Origin: Planctomycetota bacterium
GTDB lineage: Bacteria; Planctomycetota; Phycisphaerae; Tepidisphaerales; Tepidisphaeraceae
DNA: 46,772 nt
Assembly: GCA_029777755.1 (NCBI GenBank)
Contig: JAKORQ010000370.1
Location: 1 to 46,772 of the forward strand
Direction of reading: 5' to 3'
The notes beneath the pieces were generated by a model. It saw only the letters and a program-made list of their open reading frames with translations, had not been told where the DNA came from and made no database searches. Within the stretch, counting starts at the first letter, position 1. The number at the start of each line of letters is the position of its first letter. A program made the translations under genes and the position numbers. Of this stretch, positions 38,999 to 46,772 are shown in pieces.

Positions 38999-39030
38999 TG
39001 TCGCTGGATGTACTTTTCTATGTATTCCGA

Positions 39031-40371
39031 CTACAGCAGGAGCTGGAACTGCACTCGCCCGACCACCTGGGTATCGTCGGAGTCCTGGCCGACGATATTC
39101 AGACCGGATTGGCCGCTGGGCGCGCCATCGGGCAGGTAGACCACATCCGCGGTCAGCTTGGCGTTGTGGCCGGAGATGTAGTAGTTCACGCCGACGGTGT
39201 ACTCGTGCACGCGATCCTTGCCGCCGGCCGCGAATACGTCCTTGTCCCACTGCACCATGTCCCATCGGCCGAAGATTTCCGTCTTGTCGTTGAGCATGTA
39301 GCCTGCCTGCACGACGTAGCCGTAGTTATTGGCGCTGGTACCGTCCTTCAGGTCGAAGGTGTTGCCCAGTGCGGCCACATACACTCCCAGGCCGGGGATG
39401 GCGTGCGGTTCCCACTGCAGGTCGAGGGCGTAGAGGTAAAGCTCGCCGTCGGTCCCCTCGCTGCGGTGAACGCCGCCGCCGAGGACCAGCAGATCGTCCT
39501 TGTTGCCGCGGGCGGTGAAGTCATCGTACGCCTTCCAGTTGTCGCCCATCAGCAGAAACTCCGCGCGCGCGCTGGTTGCGTAGCGGATGGTGGAGAAGGC
39601 CGCCGGGGCGCCCGGCGCCGGCGATGCGCCCAGCGACTGGTCGCGCCAACCGGTGTTGGCCGAGCCTGCGCCGTCGGAGAACGCGGCCGAGACGCGCAGC
39701 TTACCCGTGCTGTAGGTGATGCCCACTCCCTGCACATACTCGGAGAGGCTGTCCACCAGCACGCGGTTGGCGTAGCTCTGCTCGGTGGCAAGCTGCCGGC
39801 TGGAGCTGACCAATGCCTCATGGCTTGTCAGGTCCTCGAACTGGCCGGCCACGATGGAGAAGTTCTTGCCCAGGCAATAACGGATCCAGCCATCCTCCAG
39901 GCGCATGTTGCCGTTGCCGCGATCTGTCGCCCACTGGAATTTGTAGGTGAGATCCTTTGCCAGCAGATTGCCGGCGATGCCGAGCTTCATTCGCCGTAGC
40001 TCAAAGCCATCGTCATAGACGCTGCCGCCGTCGGCATCCTGGTAGCTGCCGGCGTAGCGGAACTGGAACTGTGCGGTGGGGTAGAGGCTGAAATTGCCAT
40101 CCTCGCTGGCGATGGTGAATCGGCCATTGCGATAGCCGGCCGTGAACTGCTCGGGCCTGGGCAGTTCGCTGCGGCGGTCAGCGTCAGAGACCACCTGCTG
40201 CAAGGTTACCTGGGCCTTTGCCTGAGCCTCCTGCTGCGCCTCGAGCGTTTGGATCTTCTGCTGGAGGGCGTTGAGCTGGGCCTTGAGCTCCTCAAGGGAG
40301 GCATCCGCCGCCATCGCCAGCGAACCACAGGTGATCGTAGCGAAGGCCGGTAGGAAACGACGAACGAACAT
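39031..40371 (-). CDS. outer-membrane porin (phosphate-selective porin O/P-like) with N-terminal coiled coil
   Basis: It has a signal peptide (FATITCGSLAMA), the coiled coil LEELKAQLNALQQKIQTLEAQQEAQAK, and then alternating beta-strand-like sequence rich in G/Y/D/N. AAAGGAG lies upstream of the ATG. The family call is by eye. Confidence 0.65.
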   Translation of the reverse strand: MFVRRFLPAFATITCGSLAMAADASLEELKAQLNALQQKIQTLEAQQEAQAKAQVTLQQVVSDADRRSELPRPEQFTAGYRNGRFTIASEDGNFSLYPTAQFQFRYAGSYQDADGGSVYDDGFELRRMKLGIAGNLLAKDLTYKFQWATDRGNGNMRLEDGWIRYCLGKNFSIVAGQFEDLTSHEALVSSSRQLATEQSYANRVLVDSLSEYVQGVGITYSTGKLRVSAAFSDGAGSANTGWRDQSLGASPAPGAPAAFSTIRYATSARAEFLLMGDNWKAYDDFTARGNKDDLLVLGGGVHRSEGTDGELYLYALDLQWEPHAIPGLGVYVAALGNTFDLKDGTSANNYGYVVQAGYMLNDKTEIFGRWDMVQWDKDVFAAGGKDRVHEYTVGVNYYISGHNAKLTADVVYLPDGAPSGQSGLNIVGQDSDDTQVVGRVQFQLLL

Positions 40372-40496
40372 AAAAGCTCCTTTGTCCTGCGGCCAATGGC
40401 CGCGATTTACGCACGCTCAGCAACCTGAGCGGTGAGGGGATTATCTTCAGGATTGCTTAGTGAGCGATAGCTTGATGTAAGAATTGGGTTAAGGGG

Positions 40497-40536
40497 GAAG
40501 GCACGAAGGAGAAGGGACGAAGCGACGAAGGGAAAG
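40497..40536 (+). repeat. purine-rich dispersed repeat GAAGGCACGAAGGAGAAGGGACGAAGCGACGAAGGGAAAG
   Basis: It shares GGCACGAAGGA and GCGACGAAGGGAA blocks with the reverse complement of 35985-36030 and with 30581-30660. Confidence 0.65.
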
Positions 40537-40566
40537 CTGCCGTGTGTGCCCTCGGGCACAGATGGG

Positions 40567-40591
40567 GGAATTTTGTTGTCCGGCGGGCGTT
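40567..40591 (+). promoter_or_regulatory. candidate ECF-type promoter GGAAT-N16-CGTT upstream of the ECF sigma gene
   Basis: GGAAT (40567-40571), a 16-nt spacer and CGTT (40588-40591) lie about 105 nt upstream of the sigma factor ATG. This resembles the generic GGAAC-N16/17-CGT ECF architecture and would be consistent with autoregulation. It is a pattern match only. Confidence 0.3.
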
Positions 40592-40695
40592 GCGCTAAAT
40601 AGGGTTCCCCTTAAACGGGGATCTGAAAAGATGATACAGTAAGGTGCACAGTGAGCGATCCCATCTGTTTGAGAGGCGAGGAGTAAGCGAAGCGA

Positions 40696-41385
40696 ATGCC
40701 CGGACGTGATTCACAAGCCGCCAGCCGGAAGTCCAGGACCAAGCCGGCCACGCCAGCTCCGGGCAAGTCCGAGGAACAGACGAGCTTCGAGCCGGCATCG
40801 CTGGGCAAGACCCCTGACGAGCAGCTGATGCGCCGTGTGCAGCAGGGAGACAAGCAGGCGTTCGCCATCATCTACGAGCGCTACAACGGCGCGGTCCTCT
40901 CCTATCTGTACCGCATGCTTGGCAACCTGGAAGACGTCGAGGCGATCGGCCAGGAGGTGTTTTTACGCGCGTTCCGCTTCGCTCCCACCTACAAGTATCC
41001 CCAGAAATTCTCGACCTGGCTGTTCACCATCACGCGCAACCTGGCGATCAACCACGCCCGCAAGCGCAAGCGCAGCCCGATCCGCACCATGACCGAGCTG
41101 AACCTGCAGGGATCGGAAGAGCGCGGCGACGCCTACCAGGTGGCGGCGAAGGCAACCAATGACGTGGAGAAGCGCGAGGAGATCGCCCGCATCCTGGTGG
41201 CGCTGGATGACCTGCCCACTGACCAGAAGGAGGTCATCATGATGGGCATTTTCCAGGACCTGAGCTACGCGGAGATGGAGGAGATAACCGGCACCAAGGC
41301 GGTGACGCTGCGGTCGCGCATGTTTCACGGGTTGCGGCGGCTGGCAAAGCTGATCGGCGGCAACGACTCGCCGCGCCTGCGATAG
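40696..41385 (+). CDS. RNA polymerase sigma-70 factor, ECF subfamily
   Basis: Region 2 is VQQGDKQAFAIIYERYNGAVLSYLYRMLGNLEDVEAIGQEVFLRAF...FSTWLFTITRNLAINHARK. Region 4 is LPTDQKEVIMMGIFQDLSYAEMEEITGTKAVTLRSRMFHGLRRL. There is a ~44-aa low-complexity N-terminal extension; an alternative start is M45 at 40828. Confidence 0.9.
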   Translation: MPGRDSQAASRKSRTKPATPAPGKSEEQTSFEPASLGKTPDEQLMRRVQQGDKQAFAIIYERYNGAVLSYLYRMLGNLEDVEAIGQEVFLRAFRFAPTYKYPQKFSTWLFTITRNLAINHARKRKRSPIRTMTELNLQGSEERGDAYQVAAKATNDVEKREEIARILVALDDLPTDQKEVIMMGIFQDLSYAEMEEITGTKAVTLRSRMFHGLRRLAKLIGGNDSPRLR

Positions 41386-41413
41386 TACATACATGAGGAT
41401 TTCGAGCTAGCGA

Positions 41414-42376
41414 ATGCAGAGTATGGATATCCAATCCGAGGAGTTTGAGCTTCTCCTGGCCGAGGCGCTTCGGGCAGGCCCGGGTACGCCATCCTGGCGG
41501 CAGGCCGTGGAGATCCTGCGCGATGCCGGGGAAAAAGGTGAGGAGTTTGCCATGCTCTGCCGGGCGCGGGAGGACCTGGCCAGCGGGCGGGAGTATCGCA
41601 GCATCCAGGCTGGCCCGGGGTTCACGCGCAAGCTCATGGAGAGCATTGACGATATCGAGAAGCGGCAATGGAATCTGCCGACGGCCAACATTGTCGCGAC
41701 GCTGGCGGTGATGATCGTCACGCTGGTGGTGGTGATCGGGGCGTGGATGCTGTTTGCCCCGGCGAAGGAGATCCGTACCGAGGCGGAACTGCTGGAGACG
41801 TACTTCGTCACGCCGGCCGCGGTCGCCGAGTTCCATACCGAGCAGCCGGCCGGTCTCAAGCCGCTGGGCGTGCTGCCGATCGTGGTGGAAGGCGGCGCCA
41901 AGGTACAGGTGCAGACGCGCAGGACGGAAAAACCCGTGGGCGGCGGGTTTGTGATGGACAGGGCAGTCGCGGCCGATGAGACGATCGCAGTGGAGAGCGC
42001 CATCGAGATCGATCGGGCTGATACTGACCTGATCACGCAGCTTTACGTGACGGATCGGCCTGATTTCGCGGCCGACACGGGGCTTACGTCGCATGAACTG
42101 GTCTGTCTGGTGGAAAACGGGCGGGCGCGGGTGGTGCTTCCCGATGGCAGGACGGCGCAGGAAGCTGCGTTGGCGGCGCCGACAGGGCGAGTGAACCTGC
42201 GGATCCGCCTGAATCGGGACTGGGCCGTGGTGGAGATGGACGGCAAGGCAATCTGGCAGGGGCGGCATGGCCTCTCCGGCGAGGATACGCGGTATTTTGG
42301 TGTTCGACTGCTGACACTGGGCGGGGAGAAGAGCACCGGGGTATCGATCGAGTCACTCAGGCTGCTCAAGCCTTAA
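41414..42376 (+). CDS. single-pass membrane protein in the anti-sigma position (no zinc-binding anti-sigma motif recognised)
   Basis: It starts 28 nt after the sigma gene. It has a ~85-aa cytoplasmic N-terminus, a TM helix IVATLAVMIVTLVVVIGAWMLFA and a ~210-aa beta-rich extracytoplasmic domain. I saw no HxxxCxxC motif. Confidence 0.6.
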   Translation: MQSMDIQSEEFELLLAEALRAGPGTPSWRQAVEILRDAGEKGEEFAMLCRAREDLASGREYRSIQAGPGFTRKLMESIDDIEKRQWNLPTANIVATLAVMIVTLVVVIGAWMLFAPAKEIRTEAELLETYFVTPAAVAEFHTEQPAGLKPLGVLPIVVEGGAKVQVQTRRTEKPVGGGFVMDRAVAADETIAVESAIEIDRADTDLITQLYVTDRPDFAADTGLTSHELVCLVENGRARVVLPDGRTAQEAALAAPTGRVNLRIRLNRDWAVVEMDGKAIWQGRHGLSGEDTRYFGVRLLTLGGEKSTGVSIESLRLLKP

Positions 42377-42393
42377 TGCAGGAAGGATCGGGA

Positions 42394-43431
42394 ATGTCGG
42401 TGCAGGAAATCTCGCAGGTGACCAGCTCATCGGACATCAAGGCGGCGGAGTATCTGGCCGATGCCTGCCGGCAGCTTCGCTCGGAACTGGCGAAGGTAAT
42501 CGTTGGCCAGGAGCTGGTGGTGGAGGAGATGCTGATCGCCATGCTCGCCCGCGGGCACTGCCTGATGCAGGGCGTGCCGGGGCTGGCCAAGACGCTGCTG
42601 ATCTCCACGGTGGCGCAGGCGTTGGAGCTGTCCTTCCACCGCATCCAGTTCACGCCCGACCTGATGCCCTCAGACATCACCGGCACCGACATCCTTCAGG
42701 AGGACGTGGAGACGGGGCATCGCAAGTTTGAGTTTCAACGCGGGCCGATTTTCGCGAACCTGCTGCTGGCCGATGAGATCAACCGCACGCCTCCCAAGAC
42801 GCAGGCAGCGCTGCTGCAAGCGATGCAGGAGCGGCAGGTGACGGCCGGTAGTCGCACGCTGGATCTGCCCGACCCGTTTTTCGTGTTGGCGACACAGAAC
42901 CCGATCGAGCAGGAAGGCACGTATCCGCTGCCCGAGGCGCAGCTCGACCGATTCATGTTCATGGTGCTCGTGAAGTACCCGCAGCGCGACGAGGAACTGG
43001 AGATTCTCAAGCGCACCACCAGCCAGAGCGCGGCGAAGGTCAAGCGCGTGCTGGGGGCGGAGCGCCTGATAGAGCTACAGGACCTGGTTCGCCGGGTGCC
43101 GGTGAGCGATCACGTGTTCAACTATGCCCTGGATATCGTTCGCGCGACGCGCCCGAACGAGCCGGAGGCGTCTGACTTTGTGCGTCACTGGGTATCGTGG
43201 GGCGCGGGCCCGCGTGCGGGACAGTACCTGATCCTGGCGGGCAAGGCGCGGGCGCTGCTGTATGGGCGGCTGTATGTCACGACCGAGGATATCGAGGCGG
43301 TGACGCCGCCGGTGCTGCGGCATCGCCTTATCCCCAGCTTCAATGCCGAGGCGGAGGGGATCACCGTCGAGCATATAATCGCGAAGATCCTCTCGCTGGT
43401 TCCCAAGGGTAATGGCGAGCGGCTACTGTGA
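42394..43431 (+). CDS. MoxR-family AAA+ ATPase
   Basis: Walker A is GVPGLAKT and Walker B is LLLADEINR, followed by ATQNPIEQEGTYPLPEAQLDRF. The ATG at 42394 follows GGAAGGA. The alternative ATG at 42376 overlaps the upstream stop codon (TAATG). Confidence 0.92.
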   Translation: MSVQEISQVTSSSDIKAAEYLADACRQLRSELAKVIVGQELVVEEMLIAMLARGHCLMQGVPGLAKTLLISTVAQALELSFHRIQFTPDLMPSDITGTDILQEDVETGHRKFEFQRGPIFANLLLADEINRTPPKTQAALLQAMQERQVTAGSRTLDLPDPFFVLATQNPIEQEGTYPLPEAQLDRFMFMVLVKYPQRDEELEILKRTTSQSAAKVKRVLGAERLIELQDLVRRVPVSDHVFNYALDIVRATRPNEPEASDFVRHWVSWGAGPRAGQYLILAGKARALLYGRLYVTTEDIEAVTPPVLRHRLIPSFNAEAEGITVEHIIAKILSLVPKGNGERLL

Positions 43432-44276
43432 GGATGCAGGCACAGGAACGATCGGTACGAAGCGCGCCGCAGACGTTGTGCGGGTACGAGTTCGTGCGCT
43501 GGCTGAAGGAGGGGCGGACGGCGTTGTGCCTGTCGGGTCAGCTGCGGCAGATCGTGCTGAAGGTGATTGATGATGACTGCCTGCTGGATGGCCAGCTCCA
43601 CCCGGACATAAAAGAGCGCCTGGCCCGCATCCGGGAGCTGCCGCATCGCAATGTCGCCACGCTGATCTCGGTGGAGCGCGATGAGGATGGGCAGGTTTAC
43701 GGCATCTGGGAGTACATCGAGGGGACGAGCTTCCTGTCGTGGCTATGTGACCAGGGACATGATGAGCGGATGGTGGCCCGCATGCTCCGCGAGCTGGTGC
43801 TGACCGTGGAGGCGATGCACGGGCATGGGATCATTCACGGCGCGCTGCATGATGGGAACATCCTCATAGATGCATCCGGCGAGGTGCGGCTGCTGGATGT
43901 GAGTCCTCTGCTGCATGTTGAGGAGGGTGTCGATGCGGCCGCGATCGGGCAGCTTATCGGACAGGTGCTCGCGGAGCGCCGCAGGACGGGAGAACCGGGG
44001 GCGATTCTCTCGCAGATAAGCCCGGCAGATGACCTGCGGCAGATATCGGTGACGATCAATCGCGCGATACTGGCCGGCGAGCAGATGGAGGAGAGCGGCG
44101 AGGCGTCGCCGGCCGTGGAGGATGAACAGGAGGTTCGTCGGCGGGCGATGCGCTGGGCGCTGGCATGTGCGGTCTTGGCGCTGGTGTTGGGCGTTGTGAC
44201 CTGGTGGAGTTTCTCTGACTCGACCAAGGCGCCGCCGGAGCCGCCGGCCGAGGCCTTTGAAAGCCGGGGTGAGTGA
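43428..44276 (+). CDS. membrane-anchored protein-kinase-like protein with degenerate catalytic motifs (predicted pseudokinase)
   Basis: Kinase N-lobe features are VLKVI (VAIK-like Lys), KERLARIRELPHRNVATLI and the hinge IWEYIEG. The catalytic loop HGHGIIHGALHDGNILID replaces HRDLKPxN (Asp to Ala), and DFG is replaced by DVS. There is no Gly-rich loop and no APE. The C-terminal TM helix is WALACAVLALVLGVVTWW. The GTG start overlaps the MoxR stop codon (GTGA). Confidence 0.65.
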   Translation: MRMQAQERSVRSAPQTLCGYEFVRWLKEGRTALCLSGQLRQIVLKVIDDDCLLDGQLHPDIKERLARIRELPHRNVATLISVERDEDGQVYGIWEYIEGTSFLSWLCDQGHDERMVARMLRELVLTVEAMHGHGIIHGALHDGNILIDASGEVRLLDVSPLLHVEEGVDAAAIGQLIGQVLAERRRTGEPGAILSQISPADDLRQISVTINRAILAGEQMEESGEASPAVEDEQEVRRRAMRWALACAVLALVLGVVTWWSFSDSTKAPPEPPAEAFESRGE

Positions 44277-45191
44277 ATGGCGCTGGTATCTCGATATCTC
44301 GACGCCGAGCTGGTGGAGCGGCTGAACCACATGGAGGTGGCGGCCAGGAGGGTGGTGGAAGGCTCGACGATTGGCCTGCACAAAAGCCCGATCAAGGGTT
44401 CCAGCGTGGAGTTTCGCCAGCACAGGTTTTATGTGCCGGGGGATGAGCCGCGGCATTTGGACTGGCGGGTGCTGGCGCGGACGGATCGCCCATACATCAA
44501 GGAGTTTGACGAGGAGACCAACCTCCGCTGCCTGCTGCTGTTGGATTCGTCCGGGTCGATGGGATATGGCCGGCTCCATGGGCGCAAGTTTGACGCGGCC
44601 GCCCGGATCGTGGCTTCGCTTGCCTACATCATGCTGCGTCAGACGGAAAGCGTAGGGCTTGGGACTTTCGCGGAGAAGATGACCAGCTACCTGCCGCCGC
44701 ACGCCACCACCAGCCAGCTTTCGCTGATCATCGAGCAACTGGAGCGCACCGAGGCTCGCGGCAAGTCGAACCTCACCGACGCCGTGCAGGAGGCGGCCGA
44801 TCGCCTGGGTCGGCGGGCGCTGGTGATCATCATCTCCGATTTCTTCACGCCGCTGACCCGCGTCCGTGAGGCATTCGCCCGCCTGAACTATGAGCGGCAC
44901 GACACCATCTGCCTGCAGGTGATCGACCCGGACGAACAGGAGTTTCCCTTCCGCAACTGGTCGCGTTTTCGCGGGCTGGAGGGGGAGCAGCCGATGCTGG
45001 CCGAGCCGGCGGTGGTGCGGCGGACTTACCTTGAGAACTTTCGCAATCATCAGCAGCAGCTCGTGGAGAGCTGCCGCTCGATGCGGATCGAGCATCACCT
45101 TTACCTGGCGGGTACGCCGCTGGCCGACTGGCTCACGCGGGTGATCAGCCGGCGCGCCTGGCATGCCAAGCCGATCGTGCGCGAAGGCTAA
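44277..45191 (+). CDS. DUF58 domain protein (MoxR-associated, VWA-like)
   Basis: It carries GLHKSPIKGSSVEFRQHRFYVPGDEPRHLDWRVLARTDRPYIKEFDEETN...LLLLDSSGSMGYG. The ATG immediately follows the upstream stop codon (TGAATG). Confidence 0.88.
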   Translation: MALVSRYLDAELVERLNHMEVAARRVVEGSTIGLHKSPIKGSSVEFRQHRFYVPGDEPRHLDWRVLARTDRPYIKEFDEETNLRCLLLLDSSGSMGYGRLHGRKFDAAARIVASLAYIMLRQTESVGLGTFAEKMTSYLPPHATTSQLSLIIEQLERTEARGKSNLTDAVQEAADRLGRRALVIIISDFFTPLTRVREAFARLNYERHDTICLQVIDPDEQEFPFRNWSRFRGLEGEQPMLAEPAVVRRTYLENFRNHQQQLVESCRSMRIEHHLYLAGTPLADWLTRVISRRAWHAKPIVREG

Positions 45192-45306
45192 CGGGAGATC
45201 CCCCGGCTGCGCACCAGCCCATGGAGAACCCGTCGCTCGAGCAGTTCGAGGAGCGTGGCCGACGCAAAGCAGATGAAGAACCAGATTCCGCGCATATCTC
45301 CTCCGT

Positions 45307-46290
45307 TTACCTGGCCGGGGCGATGCGGTCGATCGCTTCCAGCTCCTCGTTGGTGAACTGGGTATTCTCCAGCGCCTTCACATTCTCCTGGATCTGCCTG
45401 AGGCTCGATGCGCCGATCAGCACGCTGGTGATGCCCGGATGGCGTGCGGTCCAGGAGATGGTCATCTGCGCCAGCGTCTGGCCACGTGCTTTCGCCAGCT
45501 CGTTGAGCTGGTTGATCTGGTCAATACGCTGTGGTGTGAGCACGTCCTTGAGCCAGCCTTTACCCCATTTCGCGCCCCTGCTTCCCTCGGGGATATCGCC
45601 GGAGAGGTACTTGCCGGTGAGCAGCCCGGACGCCAGCGGGCAGTAGACGATGATCCCCACGCCCAGCGAGGCCGCCTGCGGGAACAGGTCCCACTCCGCC
45701 TTGCGTGAAAGCAGGTTGAAGTGAGGCTGATCGATGGTGATGGGCAGCCCGATCGACCTGGCGGCGTTCACCGCCTGCACGAACTGGGCGCCGTCGTAGT
45801 TGCTCAGGCCCACGTACAGCGCCTTGCCCTGGCGCACGATCTGCTCCAGTGCGCCGATGGTTTCCTCGATGGGCGTCTCAGGATCGGCGCGGTGTGAGTA
45901 GAAGATGTCGAAGTATTCCAGGCCGGTGCGCTTCAGCGACTGGTCGCAACTGGCGATGATGTGCTTGCGCGAGCCCCAGTCGCCGTACGGGCCCGGCCAC
46001 ATGGGGCAGCCGGCCTTGGAGGATATGACCAGTTCATCGCGTGGCATCTCGCGGAAGATCTTTCCGCAGATGATCTCGGCATTCCCAGGCGGGTCGCCAT
46101 AGTTGTTGGCGAGATCGAAATGAGTGATCCCCAGGTCAAATGCCCCCAGCAGACACTCGCGGGCGACATCCTCGCCACGGTATCCGCCAAAGGTCTCCCA
46201 CGCACCCAGCGCAATGGCCGGCAACTTCAACCCCGACCGGCCACAGCGACGATAGACCATCTTCTCATATCGACCGGAATTGCTGCTCAA
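45307..46290 (-). CDS. aldo/keto reductase, YghZ (L-glyceraldehyde-3-phosphate reductase)-like
   Basis: The N-terminus GRYEKMVYRRCGRSGLKLPAIALG parallels E. coli YghZ ERYGQMQYRYCGKSGLRLPALSLG. AKR motifs are present throughout. The TTG start at 46290 is supported by GGGAGGA 6 nt upstream. Confidence 0.88.
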   Translation of the reverse strand: MSSNSGRYEKMVYRRCGRSGLKLPAIALGAWETFGGYRGEDVARECLLGAFDLGITHFDLANNYGDPPGNAEIICGKIFREMPRDELVISSKAGCPMWPGPYGDWGSRKHIIASCDQSLKRTGLEYFDIFYSHRADPETPIEETIGALEQIVRQGKALYVGLSNYDGAQFVQAVNAARSIGLPITIDQPHFNLLSRKAEWDLFPQAASLGVGIIVYCPLASGLLTGKYLSGDIPEGSRGAKWGKGWLKDVLTPQRIDQINQLNELAKARGQTLAQMTISWTARHPGITSVLIGASSLRQIQENVKALENTQFTNEELEAIDRIAPAR

Positions 46291-46453
46291 TACGAATCCT
46301 CCCTTTCCCGACAGAGTCTATGGCAAGGCAGGCAAACGTGTCATTAAGGGAAATTGTGCACAGTCCAGATACTGTGCCTATGCGGGGATCGGGGGATGGA
46401 TGTGTGGGCTGTTTGTCGTTGATTGACTGCGCTGCCACCGTGCGGGCGCATCT

Positions 46454-46479
46454 CAATCGAAAATCCCAGATCGAAAATC
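46454..46479 (-). repeat. post-stop repeat: two copies of GATTTTCGAT (minus-strand reading) spaced 14 nt apart
   Basis: The plus strand carries ATCGAAAATC at 46456-46465 and 46470-46479. On the gene strand the sequence reads TAG ATTTTCGATCTGGGATTTTCGATTG, matching GATTTTCGATTG after the marC-like stop codon. Confidence 0.6.
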
Positions 46480-46772
46480 TACACCGCCTTGCATGTGCCG
46501 TGCAGGTCGACGGCGCCAATAAAGCTTCGCTCGTTGCGGACGACCTCTATCACCATCACGTTGATGGCTTTCTCCAACAAAAGGTTGGCCATCGGGTCGC
46601 TGCGGTCTTCCAGGCGGACGGCCAGCGAGTAGTGGCCCTCCTGCAGGTCGCAGGTGAAATCGAAGCGGATGGCGAAGTTGCCCTCGGCGTCGATGTTGGG
46701 ACTTACCCTCGCGGTGTAGGAGTCCATGCCATAGACGACCTGGCCCTTGTTGTTGCGGAGCTGGAACACCAC
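46479..46772 (-). CDS. C-terminal fragment of a protein with a Wzt-C-like beta-sandwich domain (polysaccharide ABC-transporter ATPase C-terminus?); 5' end outside the window
   Basis: The ORF is open to the window edge and the 97 aa are beta-rich (NFAIRFDFTCDLQEGHYSLAVRLED...). The resemblance to carbohydrate-binding Wzt C-terminal domains is by eye only. Confidence 0.4.
   Translation of the reverse strand: MVFQLRNNKGQVVYGMDSYTARVSPNIDAEGNFAIRFDFTCDLQEGHYSLAVRLEDRSDPMANLLLEKAINVMVIEVVRNERSFIGAVDLHGTCKAV

Noticed and set aside
38784-39030. The tRNA-Arg gene as an integration hotspot or genomic-island border.
   Set aside because: There is no integrase or duplicated tRNA 3' fragment, and no compositional shift on either side. 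The neighbours are ordinary chromosomal genes.
45221-45646. A 141-aa plus-strand ORF after the DUF58 gene that might extend the MoxR operon (a BatA-like position).
   Set aside because: It overlaps the well-supported aldo/keto reductase gene in antisense. It has no VWA or TM features, and its sequence is shadow-like.

Overview
This is a GC-rich (roughly 60%+) bacterial chromosomal window with about 38 protein genes and one tRNA, and coding density is high. Most genes are core metabolism or housekeeping:
- pyruvate dehydrogenase pdhA-pdhB-E2
- sulfate activation cysD and cysN/C
- pyruvate kinase, argC, murD, plsY
- an HU-like protein, a TlyA-like rRNA methyltransferase and a YdiJ-like FAD/Fe-S dehydrogenase

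These are interspersed with envelope, secreted and regulatory genes:
- a PEP-CTERM tandem aspartic protease, a porin and a parvulin PPIase
- GH30, a secreted nucleoside-hydrolase-like protein, and YiiX-like and SYLF lipoproteins
- a PAS/HisKA_3 sensor kinase, an AraC regulator and an ECF sigma factor

The gene content (PEP-CTERM, HPD-less J-like membrane protein, MoxR/DUF58, murD outside a dcw cluster) suggests the PVC superphylum (Planctomycetota/Verrucomicrobiota). That is inference only. I saw no CRISPR array, integrase, transposase or prophage genes.

The items most worth follow-up are:
1. A tightly coupled five-gene unit (40696-45191): ECF sigma, membrane protein, MoxR AAA+, membrane-anchored kinase-like protein with a degenerate catalytic loop, and DUF58.
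2. A ~526-bp cassette bounded by imperfect inverted heptamer repeats. It carries a frameshifted four-helix-bundle (23S-IVS/Avd-family) gene and sits exactly between the cysD stop and the cysN/C start.
3. Several short dispersed repeat families that occupy nearly every long intergenic spacer.

All product calls come from reading the translations by eye. No database search was run.
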